Source of the DNA: Paragordius varius
Taxonomy: Eukaryota; Animalia; Nematomorpha
Direction: 5' to 3'
DNA length: 64,000 nt
Assembly (NCBI GenBank): GCA_964247055.1
Contig: OZ176050.1
Coordinates: 5,704,001 to 5,768,000, forward strand
Every line of letters starts with the position of its first letter. Position 1 is the first letter of the stretch. Shown here in pieces: positions 1-12,751 of this stretch. A program made the translations under genes and the position numbers. The notes under the pieces are model-generated. The model saw only the letters and a list, made by a program, of their open reading frames with translations, was not told where the DNA came from and did no database searches.

Positions 1-1016
1 AAATGTTTGGAAAAGCTTTTGGTTTGCTTTTTTAATAAAAATTATTATTTTCATAAATATTTTACCTAGTGAATACTAAAATGCATAGTTATAACTGTAA
101 ATTTATTACATGGCTATAAAAGATCAAAAATACCTTAAACTTTGTTTTTATCTTTAAATTTTCGAAATTATCAGCCTGGTAATGAAAATAAATTAATATT
201 GATGAGAGGTAATTTTTAAAAAACAAAAAACTTAAAAATGGCTGTTTTGAGTGACATAAAAGCAATAAAAAATGTTTTAATCAAAAAAAACTTTCTTGTG
301 TTATCTTTTTTGGACATTCATCTCCATCTAAACAAAGTTTGAGCTATTTTCATCCATTAGTTTTAAAAATATAATAATTAAAAATATGCTCTCGTATCGC
401 GCGTTTGTCGCTCTTTGTGTCCAATATTAACTGTCGATGTAATACATATTAGTATGCATTTTATAGAATTTTTATTACTCTTTCGAATGATATATTACAA
501 ATGGGCATTACTTGTATATTTTCAAAGAAAAATATTTTTTAGTAAAATTTTGATAAAGAGGGCGCATAATCAAAAAAATTAAATTATACAAAATTCTTCC
601 AACGAGTTATAATTTTTATTTCAGATTTACTGTAAAAATGATATCAAATATCAAAAAATGCAAAAAACTCGAGTGGCAGAAAAATTTGTTGTCTAGTGTT
701 ATTAGTATAAAATATCGATAATATTCTGTTTATTTTTTTTGTGGAAACCAAACACATATTTCATCAATATCCATAAGTGTATTTTAGAAATTTGGGTTTC
801 TCCACAATATAACCTTTGAAATACATAAGCAGTTACTGTTTGAGCAACTAAGTACGTTTTTCATTAATTATGCCAAATACCATGCACAGAAAAACGAAAA
901 TATTTTCTGTATATTGCCATCAATAATTAATAAACTCACTAGCAATGTATATTTACTCATACTGTAATTTAAAAAATGTTTATCCACACAAACCATTTCA
1001 ATTTTTCATTCTATAG

Positions 1017-4000
1017 GGATTTCCTGGGTCCCCCGGGAAAAGAGGAAAAGAAGGTATTCCTGGATATGATGGTCGAGATGGCAAACCGGGTCCTGATGGC
1101 CCCCCTGGGAAACCAGGCCTTCCCGGACAACCTGGATTTAAAGTTTGTTTGCCCTAGTTTAAATATGATTATAATTCATACTGTTTTGCAACATAAAAAT
1201 TTTACAACATCATGCTAAACAATTTAGATCAGTAAAACTTAAACCGTGGCCCTAATAGTGATTTTTTATGGCCCCGTATTATTTATGAAAATTTGGGGTG
1301 TATTTGTTTTGTGTATAAATATCAGCAGTGTCAATAGCTATGAAATTTTTATTTTATATGGTGAATGGCCCTTGATACAAGATATATATTGTTGCAACCC
1401 TTTAATAAATTTTGGTGGAAACCACTGATTTAGATTATTACATTACATTCATTCTCTGCATTTTCTTTAAAACGTTGGATTTAGAAACGGTTAGTTATAT
1501 TTTTTAAACTATTATATATTAGGGTGCACAAGGTGAGCCTGGAAAAGACGGAGTTCCAGGTAACAGGGGTACCCCAGGAAAAAATGGGTCACCTGGGAAA
1601 TCTGGTGTGCCTGGGAAGAAAGGACTCGATGGGGAAACTGGAATCAATGTAAGTTGTCTATATTTGATTCTTTGAAATTAAAATGTGGATTTTACAATTT
1701 TAATAAAATTTAGATTTATAATAATATTTATAATTATTATTTTAATATACCCAATTTGCTATATTTATGGGATATATATATTCAACCTAATAAATGATTA
1801 CTATAGTAAAAACCGTTAGGTATAGGTAATGATTCAATGTAATTTACCAAATGTGATTTAAATAAAATACAGAGCAATCCTTATTAATTGTTTCATTATA
1901 GGGACCACCAGGAAAACCTGGAATTGCCATTGATGGCTTCCCAGGAGAAGCAGGTGTAGATGGCAATCCTGGATTAGACGGTAAACCTGGGAGAGATGGG
2001 AAAAGAGGCAATCCTGGCCTACCAGGTACCATTTTTTCTACTGTTCTTAGAGAACTGTAATATTGAGCAGTTTATTATCAACATCAGACATATAGCTTTT
2101 TATTTGTTTGAGTATACCATTGTGCGTTTAAATACCATTTACAATTCAAATTCACCCTCGAACAGTTCGAATTCACCCTAAAAATAAATGAAATTTCGGT
2201 CTAATATAACTCATCATTATAATTAAATATATTTTTATAGCAAAGTTTATTATTTTTTCAGTTTTATTTTGATTACATACAAAGTTTCTCTTTTAAAAAA
2301 TATAAAAAAATATAGGTAATTTTTAATCTCAAAAAACACATAATTTATTTTAGGGTGAACTTGAATTGTTTAAGGGTGAATTTGAACTGTAAATGGTATT
2401 ATATATGAAAATATGCAACAGGTCTGGTGGGTCAAGGCGGACGTGATGGTTTACAGGGCAAGCCAGGCCGTAACGGACAAGATGGAAAACCTGGTCGAGA
2501 CGGATTTCCAGGCATCCCTGGGGTCAATGTGACAGATCCCGGACCCAGAGGTCGTCCAGGAACTCCTGGTAAAGATGGGAAACGCGGTAAAGATGGCCCG
2601 CAAGGTAAGGTTGGAAAACCTGGGAAGGAAGGCCCACCGGGAAAAGATGGGCCACCCGGGGTAGATGGAACACCGGTATATATTAATTTACGTATAAATA
2701 TATAATCTGAAAAAATAATTTTTGAAAATAGGAATACACGTGTCTATCCTTGATTCATTAATATTACACATTGAAAACTATACTAAAAATATAAAAAGTA
2801 AAGGACAAACGTTTTTTTATCAAGAGACCCATATTTTATGCATTAATTTATTTTATATTACCTATCATTTTGGGTAAGGGTTAGCTTAAATTAGATTTAA
2901 ACTTTTAATATCACGATTGTAATTATGTAGAATATATAGAAAAAATCAAGGATAAAAATGGTCGGTCCTCTTTATAATTTTTTTTTGCCTTTTATGTTTG
3001 GTTTAACATTTTTACTATAAAATATAAAAATTATTTGTAATTATGCTTTTAGTATTATTTATTGACTGTTTTTTATTTTTATAACTTCGTTAATAATATA
3101 TTTTATAAAAATTTTAGGGAATCAAGGGTAACAAAGGAGCTATTGGATTACCGGGAAACAATGGTGGAGTCGGACCCGCTGGGCCACCTGGACCTAAAGG
3201 AATTATTGGAGAGCCTGGCTTGAAAGGTGAACCGGGAAAAGATGGATCTGTCGGACGTGATGGGAACCCGGGAGATTATGGGGCACCCGGGGAAGAAGTA
3301 AGTTGTTTTTGAAAGATTTATATACAAACGATATTATGCAGCTAATATTATTTTAAATTTGAATTGTAAGTTTTTATTGATTTAACAACCACCCTAATAT
3401 CAATCTCATAAACACCGCCCTATGTATATTTAAATCTAATTTATATTTAAATCTTAGGGAGATGACGGGTCTGACGGAAATCCCGGACCTATAGGGAAAA
3501 AGGGTGAGACAGGTTTTCCCGGTAAAAATGGACCCAAAGGCCTTCCAGGAAAACCTGGTAATGATGGGAAACCTGGTTTGGATGGGGTTCCTGGCAAAAA
3601 TCCCAAATGTGATTGCATGAAAAGCGATACGCAGTTTGGGGATGGTCGCCTAACATACACCAGACATGGACGCGCTAATTGTCCCATAGGTGGCGGAGCT
3701 ACTGAAATTTATCATGGTAATTAACTTATTAGTCCACCATTTTTTATTAACATTATAAATTGCCCTCCTTATTATCAAGTGAAAAACTTTAAATGGGTAA
3801 AATTTTAGCATAAATATCTAACTTATAAATACTAAAACAGTTTATTTAGTTTATGGTCAACTTGAACAGGTTAACGCTAAATGGTACGCGTAATATATTT
3901 TTTAATATATTATTTGGTGAGTTTTGTTTTTTCGTTAAAAAATAAAAAACGATTTTTGTCTCTCAATTTAAATAATATTTTAGATAAAATATATTGAAAT

Positions 4001-4907
4001 GTTGTAGGTCTTATATATTTGCATTAAATGTATAAAAATGTTAAAGGTTTAACAATTTTGCTAATTTATAATAAAGCAGGTTTCCTATATCAAAAGAGTC
4101 AAATAATGAAAAATTTACACTGTAAATCTTTATTGTTTTGATTACATTTATTTTATATACGATGCTTGTTCCGATTTAGGTTACATGGCATCTGGTCATT
4201 TCTTGTATACGGGCAGCGGAGGGGATCACCTCTGTTTGCCGAGTGAAGCCACTTTTTCCAAATTTACCGAGAAGTTTGATTCCAAAGCCAAAATATTTGC
4301 AGTTGTTTTCCAAGCTGGTGGAAGTAAAACTGGCAAAAATTTGACCCCTTTTTGGCACAGTTTAGCTCCAAACAGTACACTTTTCTGCAGTGTATGTCAA
4401 GTCCCACGTAATGCCCTTATTATGATGCCAGGAGATCCACATTGTCCTCAAGGATGGCATAAAGAATATTCTGGTAATTTGTTTTCAAGATGTAAAAATA
4501 CCACATGAAATTTTAGCACCATTCACTGAAAACGTAAAAGGGCATCGATGTTTAATTGATATTTTTACCAAAAATTGATACTTATATATATATAACTGTA
4601 GTTGGCCTTTCTTGGGGCTAGGGTCAGAAGTTAAAACACAGATTAAGAAAATTAATGACCGTTTTAAAACGAAAAAACCAATAATTATTTCACAATTATT
4701 ATGTATACAGGGTACTTAATGGCATCTTCCACACACAAATCTCGCACATCTTTTGTATGTGTGGACGAAGACCCCGAAGGTCAAATCATTCGACCAGATG
4801 AATTGGGCGGATCCGAACTTTATGTGGTTGAGGTGGAATGTGGTGTTTTGCCTTGTTCCAAATATCCCAATGGCTATGAAATGCCTTGTGCCGTGTGTAC
4901 ACGTTAA
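1017..4907 (+). CDS. Collagen with C-terminal spongin / short-chain collagen C4-type non-collagenous domain (5' partial; 8 exons in window)
   Basis: GT-AG exons 1017-1142, 1523-1648, 1902-2025, 2422-2675, 3118-3297, 3458-3716, 4180-4473 and 4711-4907 splice in frame to 519 aa. About 318 aa are Gly-X-Y, followed by [11 protein letters not shown]...HLCLP...CSVCQVP...[14 protein letters not shown]...FVCVDEDPE...LPCSKY...PCAVCTR*. No start codon or signal peptide seen, so they presumably lie upstream of the window. Confidence 0.9.
2131..2400. mobile_element. Small MITE-like inverted-repeat element in collagen intron
   Basis: aataccatttacaattcaaattcacc (2131) is the near reverse complement of ggtgaatttgaactgtaaatggtatt (ending 2400); imperfect arms of ~60 nt; TSD not clear. 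Confidence 0.6.
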
Positions 4908-5333
4908 CTCATCACATTGTTATAATATCATGATCAATTATTTTGGCAACTAATGCCCATTTTTTATAAACTAAGGAGAGTTTATAAAAAATGCAAAATG
5001 GTGAGTTAGTGTTATTTTAATATGCGTAATATACATAACATTATATATATTCATTCAAATATTACCCTCCCCAATAATAATCAAAATCAATTTATTTATT
5101 CATTTTTTCCATATAAATATCACAAAATATTAAAATTTCTTAATAAATATACATAAATTTTATTGAAAATGATTAAAATGCATTAGTTTTTTTACCCATT
5201 TAATCAATTTTCCACTTAAAACGATTAAATAAAAACCGAGTTGAGAACATTTAATCAATCATCAAAGTGTATATAATGCATTGATCCCCCAAAGTATACA
5301 TAATATTTATATGATAATATTGTTCCCTTGTAA

Positions 5334-8300
5334 TTATGATTGTGAGAGTGGTAATACATCAAGAAGACAGAATAAAGATCGACACAAAGGACAAGGAGCC
5401 TTTTGCAATAACCAGGTTTCGGGACTTTTTTGATCTTGTCGACTAGCAAACCATTTAGCCATACATGACATACACCACATTGGTCTACAAAAGCACATCT
5501 TACAACTCGGTGTTGTTGTTATACTAATAAGAGTGTAAAAATTATATTATAAAATTTTTTATCCTATGAATTCTATTGAAAGTAATAATGATCAAAACTT
5601 TTATTTGAATTTTCGTTAAACGACTAAAGAATTTTTTTGCCATTATTAAGGCAATCTAAAAAGTTTATACCGCTATTTATTTAAAACGTCCATACAAATT
5701 ATGTCTTTCCAATTAAATAAGTAATATGTGTTCCGTTACCATTTAAAATAATTTTAATGCAAAATTTTAATTGTTTAATTCGGTATTTCCCAAAAGGAGC
5801 ACGTCCTTTTTTTGGATGTGTAGATTTTTACAATTTCGACATGCTATTAAATCCATATTTGAAGGGCTCGATAAAAAAACTTATTGATGAGTGAGGCCTA
5901 AAAGTTGAGAACCTTTACTTATAATATAGTTTTCAGATTACAGGCAAATAAAAACCCAATTTTTATAATATATATACGCATTATATAAATACTGATGAAA
6001 ATCTTGAGCATTAGATGGTTCCGTTCCCGCTATTTGATTTTCCACATTTACATCATCATTGTTGGCTGGCGGGACCGTAGGAGGATTATTAAAAATTGCA
6101 TTGGGTGATACATTGGATGCAGAATGACAGCTTTTATACAGTTTGCATTGTGGTGGTTTAACTAAACACCCCAAGCAATTATCCAATTCCTTGTATGCAT
6201 AAAAAAAGCAAAAATAATAAAAATTTGACTCTATTTTTATAATAAATAAATTAAATATATATTCATTAGAATATGGGTGTTTTAATATAATTTTAATTGC
6301 AAAGCATATTGGTCATATATAAAATAGATTGGGTTTAAGTAAATTTTAATAACTTTTCAAAAATAACCAAATAAAAACATAAGTGGCTTTGCATGAATTG
6401 ATAAAAATAACCGAATTAATGTATTATCTGAACCCATAAGATACAAAAACAGTAAACGGAATGTGATATCTACGCCTCCTAATATGCTGTAATTATTAAT
6501 TTGCCAACAGTTTATATTTAAATACGATTTAAATTATGTGTAATATAATTGAGGTTTTTTCAAAATGAATGCGGTAAAAATAAACGTTTTAGAAAGCTTA
6601 AAAACAATAAGGCCATCACATGATTCTTTAAAATTTTGAATTCCTCTATAAACGATGAGGGCATTACGGTAAAAAATATATGACAATGTTCAATACCCTT
6701 ATGATCAAAAAACTGGCTATGCAAAATCGGTATTTTGACATAAGACTATGGTGTAAAAACAATTGTATCTTTGAATTAGAAAAGAAATAATAAAATTAAA
6801 AATAGGATGCAAAAATTTAACTAAATTTTTACTCTGAGAATAAATTGTTATTGAAAAGCAAATAAAGCGATTACTGTCGTGCATTGTCAAAAATGGTAAA
6901 ATAATAACCAAATAATAACCAAATAATGGAGCAATCACAACATGCAAAACGGATCAATCAAACTTGCAATAGTGAAAAAAGTTAACATATTCAAAACCCA
7001 TGAAATTTTTTACACTTTCATATCATAGTAATTACCAGAAATCAAAATGCTTATTTATATTTTTATCCGAAATATGTTGTGTTGTGTTCTCGAATCAGTA
7101 ACTCACCCAGTAATCATGAATGGTAAAAACATAAACCATAAAGATATCCAATAACAATAATTTCAATAAATGAATTTTTATACTACTATTTTAATATTAG
7201 ATAAAATATGATTATTTTGATCAAAAAAAGACCAAATATTTTGGATTCGGAGCATAAACCTTATATATATAATATAGTTATATATAAACAACTCTATTGG
7301 CAAAATGTGGGGGTAGATCCGCTCAAATAAAAAAAGTTAATAAAATTAAATAATTAAAGTTCTGTATATGCCTAATATTTCTTGCTATTCTTGCCGACAT
7401 TCACCCTTCTATATTATTTGGAACTTAAACGGCCCAATGACGAAATCTAACCATCGATAGGTGTGCAAAATGAAGAAGTGAAAATACTAAATGCAATCTT
7501 TTCACGCATAATCCAACATTTACCTTTTTAATCAACATTAGCCCCTATCTATCCCCAAATATTCAACCATTCAATGAGGCTATAAGAATATGGTTTACTT
7601 TGAGACCATACTTAGGTATCCAATGATTCAAATGGGCTAAAACATATTTTATCATGCGCATCTAATCATACAAATAAATTCGTGAAACTTGAAAAAATGA
7701 ATAAGAAAATTGCTAGAGGTGAATAATATGTTATTTATAGTGTCTTTCTATATGGATCAATACTGCAAAATTCTTAGTTTTAAACATGTTTGAAAAGTTA
7801 TAAATACCGTATTGTCGGAAACGAGATATGGCGGGTTTTCTTTTGTCACACTTTCAAACACTTCTACAAATTGATCTTCCAATGATTTCTTAATGTGAAT
7901 CGAACCAATAATATTAATGGGTTTTTTAAGACATTCTTTTATAACATTGTAATCATACGAGCTTGCTCTATTTCATACATGAAAGAGTTGATCAAAATTA
8001 AATTTAAAACAAAAAATTTAAAGTTATGTTTTTACTGATAATGTGATCAAATTATCAAAAATTTATTTTTCTTTAAAAATAATTATGAATCTGCGATTCA
8101 AATCGTGTTTATGAAATTGGGTCTGACTGGTTACACTTGCATTTATGAATGCAAAAAATCCTAGCATTCAAGGATCTTTCATAATATTTTATGAAAATAA
8201 TAATTTAATAATTTTTGAAATTAGCCTTTAATTAATTAAGCTTTACCATTAGGGTAAATAAACTTGATATTTGTAAAAATTCTAAAATTTAATATTCTTT

Positions 8301-9062
8301 ATAATTGAATACAATATACCGTATAATAAGTGGTTTCATATCTGGTTTATATTGAGATGTTAATGATATATCAAGTATCTGAACTCCATAATTACTTATA
8401 TGAGAAAGAGGATGATCTTTGGCTTTGACTAAATTTGGGATCACATCACTTTTATGCATGACACAAAGATAAAATTTATCCACGACTATAACCCATGAAT
8501 CAGTTATGTAAAATCGCTGATTCGCAAATTGTGAATAAAACTTATCGAATACTAAGAATTCTTCGTTTAATGAATTAACTATATCTTTCCATGTGTATTG
8601 ATTTTGATCATCGACCGTATAAGATAGAGTATACGTTTTTAAATAATCAATTATAATGTGATTTTCCCAATTTAATTGATAGGAATACCAGATATATATG
8701 ATAACACCAATCGGCAATAAAAGGGATGTGCATAATATTTTGTTATAATAATTATTGATTAAATATTCTAATAATGTAAACTTTACATTATTAAAAATCA
8801 TATCTTGTGGCTGGATCCAATTATTAAGCCCGTATATAAATGCTAAATATAATTTAAAAACCATACCTGTAGGAAGAAAGGAATAAAAAAGATATAATGC
8901 ATTTATGCGTTGAATGTGATGATAAACAAAATTACATCGTTCACTAACAATGAAAATTGAAAGGATATTATCGATAACAATTCCAGAAGTAATAAATTCT
9001 TTGGGTGGGAATGTAATTAAAAATAAAAAAATTGTCCAAATTACAGCGTACAAAAATAGCAT
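5334..9062 (-). CDS. TMEM129: E3 ubiquitin ligase TMEM129 (ERAD, atypical C4C4 RING)
   Basis: Exons 9062-8867, 8842-8320, 7967-7808, 6189-5993 and 5523-5334 splice in phase. N-terminus PKEFITSGIVIDNIL...SE..FV.HHI.R, middle WKDIVNSLNEEF..FDKF...ITDSWV, C-terminus ELDNCLGC...CKMCFCRPMWCMSCMAKWFASRQD..SPETWL..KAPCPLCRSLFCLLDV all match the TMEM129 family. Confidence 0.93.
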
Positions 9063-9469
9063 GTGCTTTTAACCATACTCGTTGTGAACAGATGTATTGT
9101 GCATGTTAAATTTTTAATTTTCTGGATACCTGGACTGCCCGTAAATCGGTGCACAAAATAATCATCCTTAAGAATATATATATATATCGTGTATTTTATA
9201 TGTACTTTGTTTTTGGCCCTTTCAATTAATTTAGAAAAGATTTATTGTGGTGACGGATACACACAAAATGACAACATTTTCGCACATTTTCTAATATATT
9301 TTGGTAGCTAAATGCTGCAAAAATAATGAAATTTTTTAAAAACTACATATAAAAAGAAAAAAATATTTTATGAAGCTTTAAATTTTAGATGTAGGATCCG
9401 AAAGCCCCATTTTTTTACCCTTCAAAAATAAACTAGTATCAAAATCAGGGGATAAATAAAGATTCGCGA

Positions 9470-10045
9470 TTAACACTTGGATTCAACACATTCATTTTAG
9501 TCATCCGATTTAAAATTGGGGTAGTTGGATACCCCAGGCTTGTTTAAAATTAAATACTTTAAAAAATATTGAAGGAATCGAAACCATGGCAAAATTTTGC
9601 ATTTAAACATTAATAAACGGGAATATGAAAAAATATTTCGTAAATACTTGATATTACTTATTTAAAGCTAAAACCGAAAGGCAAAAATTTAGTCAACATT
9701 ACATGTGTGCAATGGTAAAATTGAAAAATAATACACAATAAACCGCTTTCTCTATTTTTCTTAATGTTAGATGTAATTTACATAAAAAATTAGCTTTTAT
9801 TTTACCCTTAAAATAAAGTAGATATTTTGCAAAAAATTTGTAAAATAAAAATATCGTCGAAGTAGTTTGACATGGAACTTTTTTTCAAGGCAAAATTTTA
9901 TTTAGATAGTTTGGCATATTTATATAATATTTATTAGGATAGAAACATAAATTTAAATTAAGACCGTTTTCTTCGGTAGTTTTTAAAAAATCCTAACTTA
10001 AATTTTTCGGGTATTTAGATACTCCAATTTGAATCGAAGTGTTAA
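9470..10045. mobile_element. TTAA-flanked piggyBac-like MITE (family A), full-length copy
   Basis: TTAA|CACTTGGATTCAA ... TTGAATCGAAGTG|TTAA; ~570 bp, non-coding; GGGGTA..(G)ATACCCC mini-palindromes near both ends; at least 7 further whole or partial copies in the window. Confidence 0.8.
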
Positions 10046-10571
10046 TATATGCAGATTATGGCATGAAAAAAATTATTAAATGGATTACTTTGTTTATTAG
10101 TTTTTGAAAAAATTTGTTGAAAGCATAGTTCATATTTTTTGAAATATGGTGGAGACTGTATAAAAAGGCCTTAAGTTTATAATTACATAATGCTGAAGAT
10201 TTGTATCATCTCAGAACTCTATTAAAAATTTTCACTTTTATATTTTTGTTAAATATTAATTGTTTTTTTTTACAAAAATTTCACTGAAATTTAAAAGCAA
10301 ACAAACCATTAAATTATAATGCGATAGAAATGCTCAACATTCTTGAACCATATAGAATAATAATTTTACATATCTTAGAGCATTGTAATACCTTTTATTC
10401 TTCTAAAAGAAGTACGATTCAACAAAATTATGCTAAAAAATAAATTTTTCAACATAGGCATTTTTCCAAAAATATTTTTTTGATGCCATAATCATGTATA
10501 TAACAGTGTACACAAAAAAATATCATGATGAAATAAATATATTCCGATAGATATGTATGAATCAGGAATCT

Positions 10572-12751
10572 CATGGTGCTTTTGGTTTTGGGGCTTACGA
10601 GTGATATAAGAAAGTTATTAACGCTTTTGTACTAAGTCGTCCGTATCAAATGGTAAAATTTACGCATATAGATTCTAATTAATTGAAAACTATATGTTTC
10701 ATTGCAAAAAATATCATTAAAATATATCATAATTACTTAATAAAAGCAAAACAATATTATTATATTTTAATTTTTAAATATGGTATCCGAAAGCCCCAAT
10801 TATTTCTGCTCTTCGTTCTTTTAAAATATATGCAAAGATGCCGGAATTTTCCAATAAAATTCCATATGCTAATTTTGACATAAAAAAAATATTTTTTTAA
10901 AAATGCATACATTTAGAAAAATTTAATTTTTAGAAAAATTTTGTTAACACGAACTTCATCCTTTTTTAGGCATGAAAAAAACTATATAAAAATGCTTTTG
11001 TTGTTGTTGCAGCCAAAGGATCGATTTCTTAAGTGTAATTACGCCATATTGTCCGGTTAAGTGTGATGGCTATCAACTGTTGCATTGATAGTTTGGTTTA
11101 TTTAGTTAAATTATCGATCTTGCGCTTTTTGCACCTGCCACGTTTTCTTAAACCTTCAACTTTGCCCGATATAAGCTATTACTCCAAGTTTTTTGCTCTA
11201 GTGATGTGGTCTAAGTAAGATACTTTCATTTAAAAGCATAAATCATATAAGGATATTTCGGTTTAATTTTATCCAGGGTGTCTGTGTTTTTATTTTTACT
11301 TTCCACTTTATCTGTAGAAATTTTCTCCGGCCCCACATTTCGAAGGCATTGATATATCTTACATCAACTTTCTTATTATCAAAAGCTTGGGAAGATCATA
11401 GATTTGATTAGTCTGATCTTGGTTTTGAGTTTGATATCGTGGGATAACCATAGTTTATTGTATTTTATTATATTAGCTTTACCGATTGCTATTCTTTTTT
11501 GATGTCTGAGGTTCTATTGTTAGAAATGTTAATTAGACTACCAAGATAAATGAATTGTGGTACTACAGTGATTTGGGTCCCCATAAATGGTAAGGTATTG
11601 TATTGATTGTGTTTGTGAGTATATGTCCATGTTTGTTTTATTCTAATTGAGAGTTAGACCGAATTTTTGACATTCGGTGGTAAATTGTGTTAGTAGTAAA
11701 GTGAGGTTGTCTACGGAGTTGGATAGTAAAATTGTGTCGTCAGCGTAATGTAGAGATGAAATTCGATGGCCGGCAACTTTTATTTCATACGATTTGTCGA
11801 TGTTGCGTGTGATATGCAGATGTTGAAGAGAATCGGTTAAAGGACACAACTTTGTCGAAATCCTTTGTTCATTGGTAGCCATTTGCTTGTGCCGTGAGGA
11901 GTCGATATACTTAAACTTGAATTTGAGTATAAGGATTTAATTATTTTAACTAGATGCTCGAATATTCTGATTTGGGGTGCTTTCCAGAGCATGTCGGGCC
12001 TTATGCTATCAAAGGCTTTTGCAAAGTCGATGATGCATATGTGAGTTTCTTTTTGAAAATCAATTTGTTTTTCAAGAATCCTACGTATATTGAAAATCAT
12101 GTCTCTATTTAGATAGATTTAATAACTTTTTTTCTATATAATATGATAATGCTGAACATTTTATCACCCCAGAATTTTGATTAAATTTATGTCAAATATA
12201 AATTGTGTTCTCAAATAAAAATTTGAAAGTAAACGAACCTTTAAAGTATAATTTTATAGCGATGGTCAGCATCATTAAATTATATAGTAAAGATGTTTAT
12301 AATATCAATAAGCATTTTTATTTCGTTTTCATCATGACTAAAAATGATGAAGTACGCTTCAACAATTTATTGCTAAAAATTAAATTTTTTCAAAAGAATG
12401 CATTTTGTAAAAAATATTTTTTGTGATGTCAAATTTAGCGATATTCAAAAATTTTATTGCGAATTCCGGCATCTTTGCATTTATTTTAAAAGAACTAGCC
12501 GTTTTAGAAGAGCATTTTTATTTGGGGCTTTCGGACCCTATATTTAAAAATTAAAATATTATAAAAATATTTGCTTTTCTAAGTAGTTTATGATATATTT
12601 TAGTGATATTTTTTGGAATGAGGAATTTACACTTCATCAAAAAAATTTATTACAAAAAATATGCGCAAATTTTGCATTTTCTGATATGGAGCACTTAGCA
12701 CAAAAGTGTAAATAACTTTCTTATATCACTCGAAAGTTCCAAAACCACCAT
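10572..12751. repeat. Foldback-like palindromic element (family B) interrupted by an RTE LINE
   Basis: Left-arm motifs (catggtgcttttgg...gagtgatataag; atgcaaagatgccggaatt; ccgaaagccccaa) recur reverse-complemented at ~12200-12750. Related modules extend to ~10100 and ~13450. An uninterrupted relative lies at 59901-60927. Confidence 0.7.
10998..12105 (-). mobile_element. 5'-truncated, degenerate RTE-clade non-LTR retrotransposon (reverse transcriptase 3' half)
   Basis: Frameshifted RT segments DMIFNIRRILEK...IDFAKAFDSI...LYSNS...KGFRQSCVL and LHYADDTILL...FGLTLN; decayed C-terminal domain below 11640; short (CAA)n 3' tail at 10998-11009. Confidence 0.85.

Noticed and set aside
6717-6947. Hydrophobic 76-aa ORF inside a TMEM129 intron (possible nested membrane-protein exon)
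   Set aside because: Hydrophobicity is expected from AT-rich DNA; no family motif or compatible splice partners found.
7480-7760. Possible LINE RT C-terminal relic in a TMEM129 intron (PYLGIQ, VFLYGS-like words)
   Set aside because: Only two short motifs amid multiple stops; too weak to call without a profile search.
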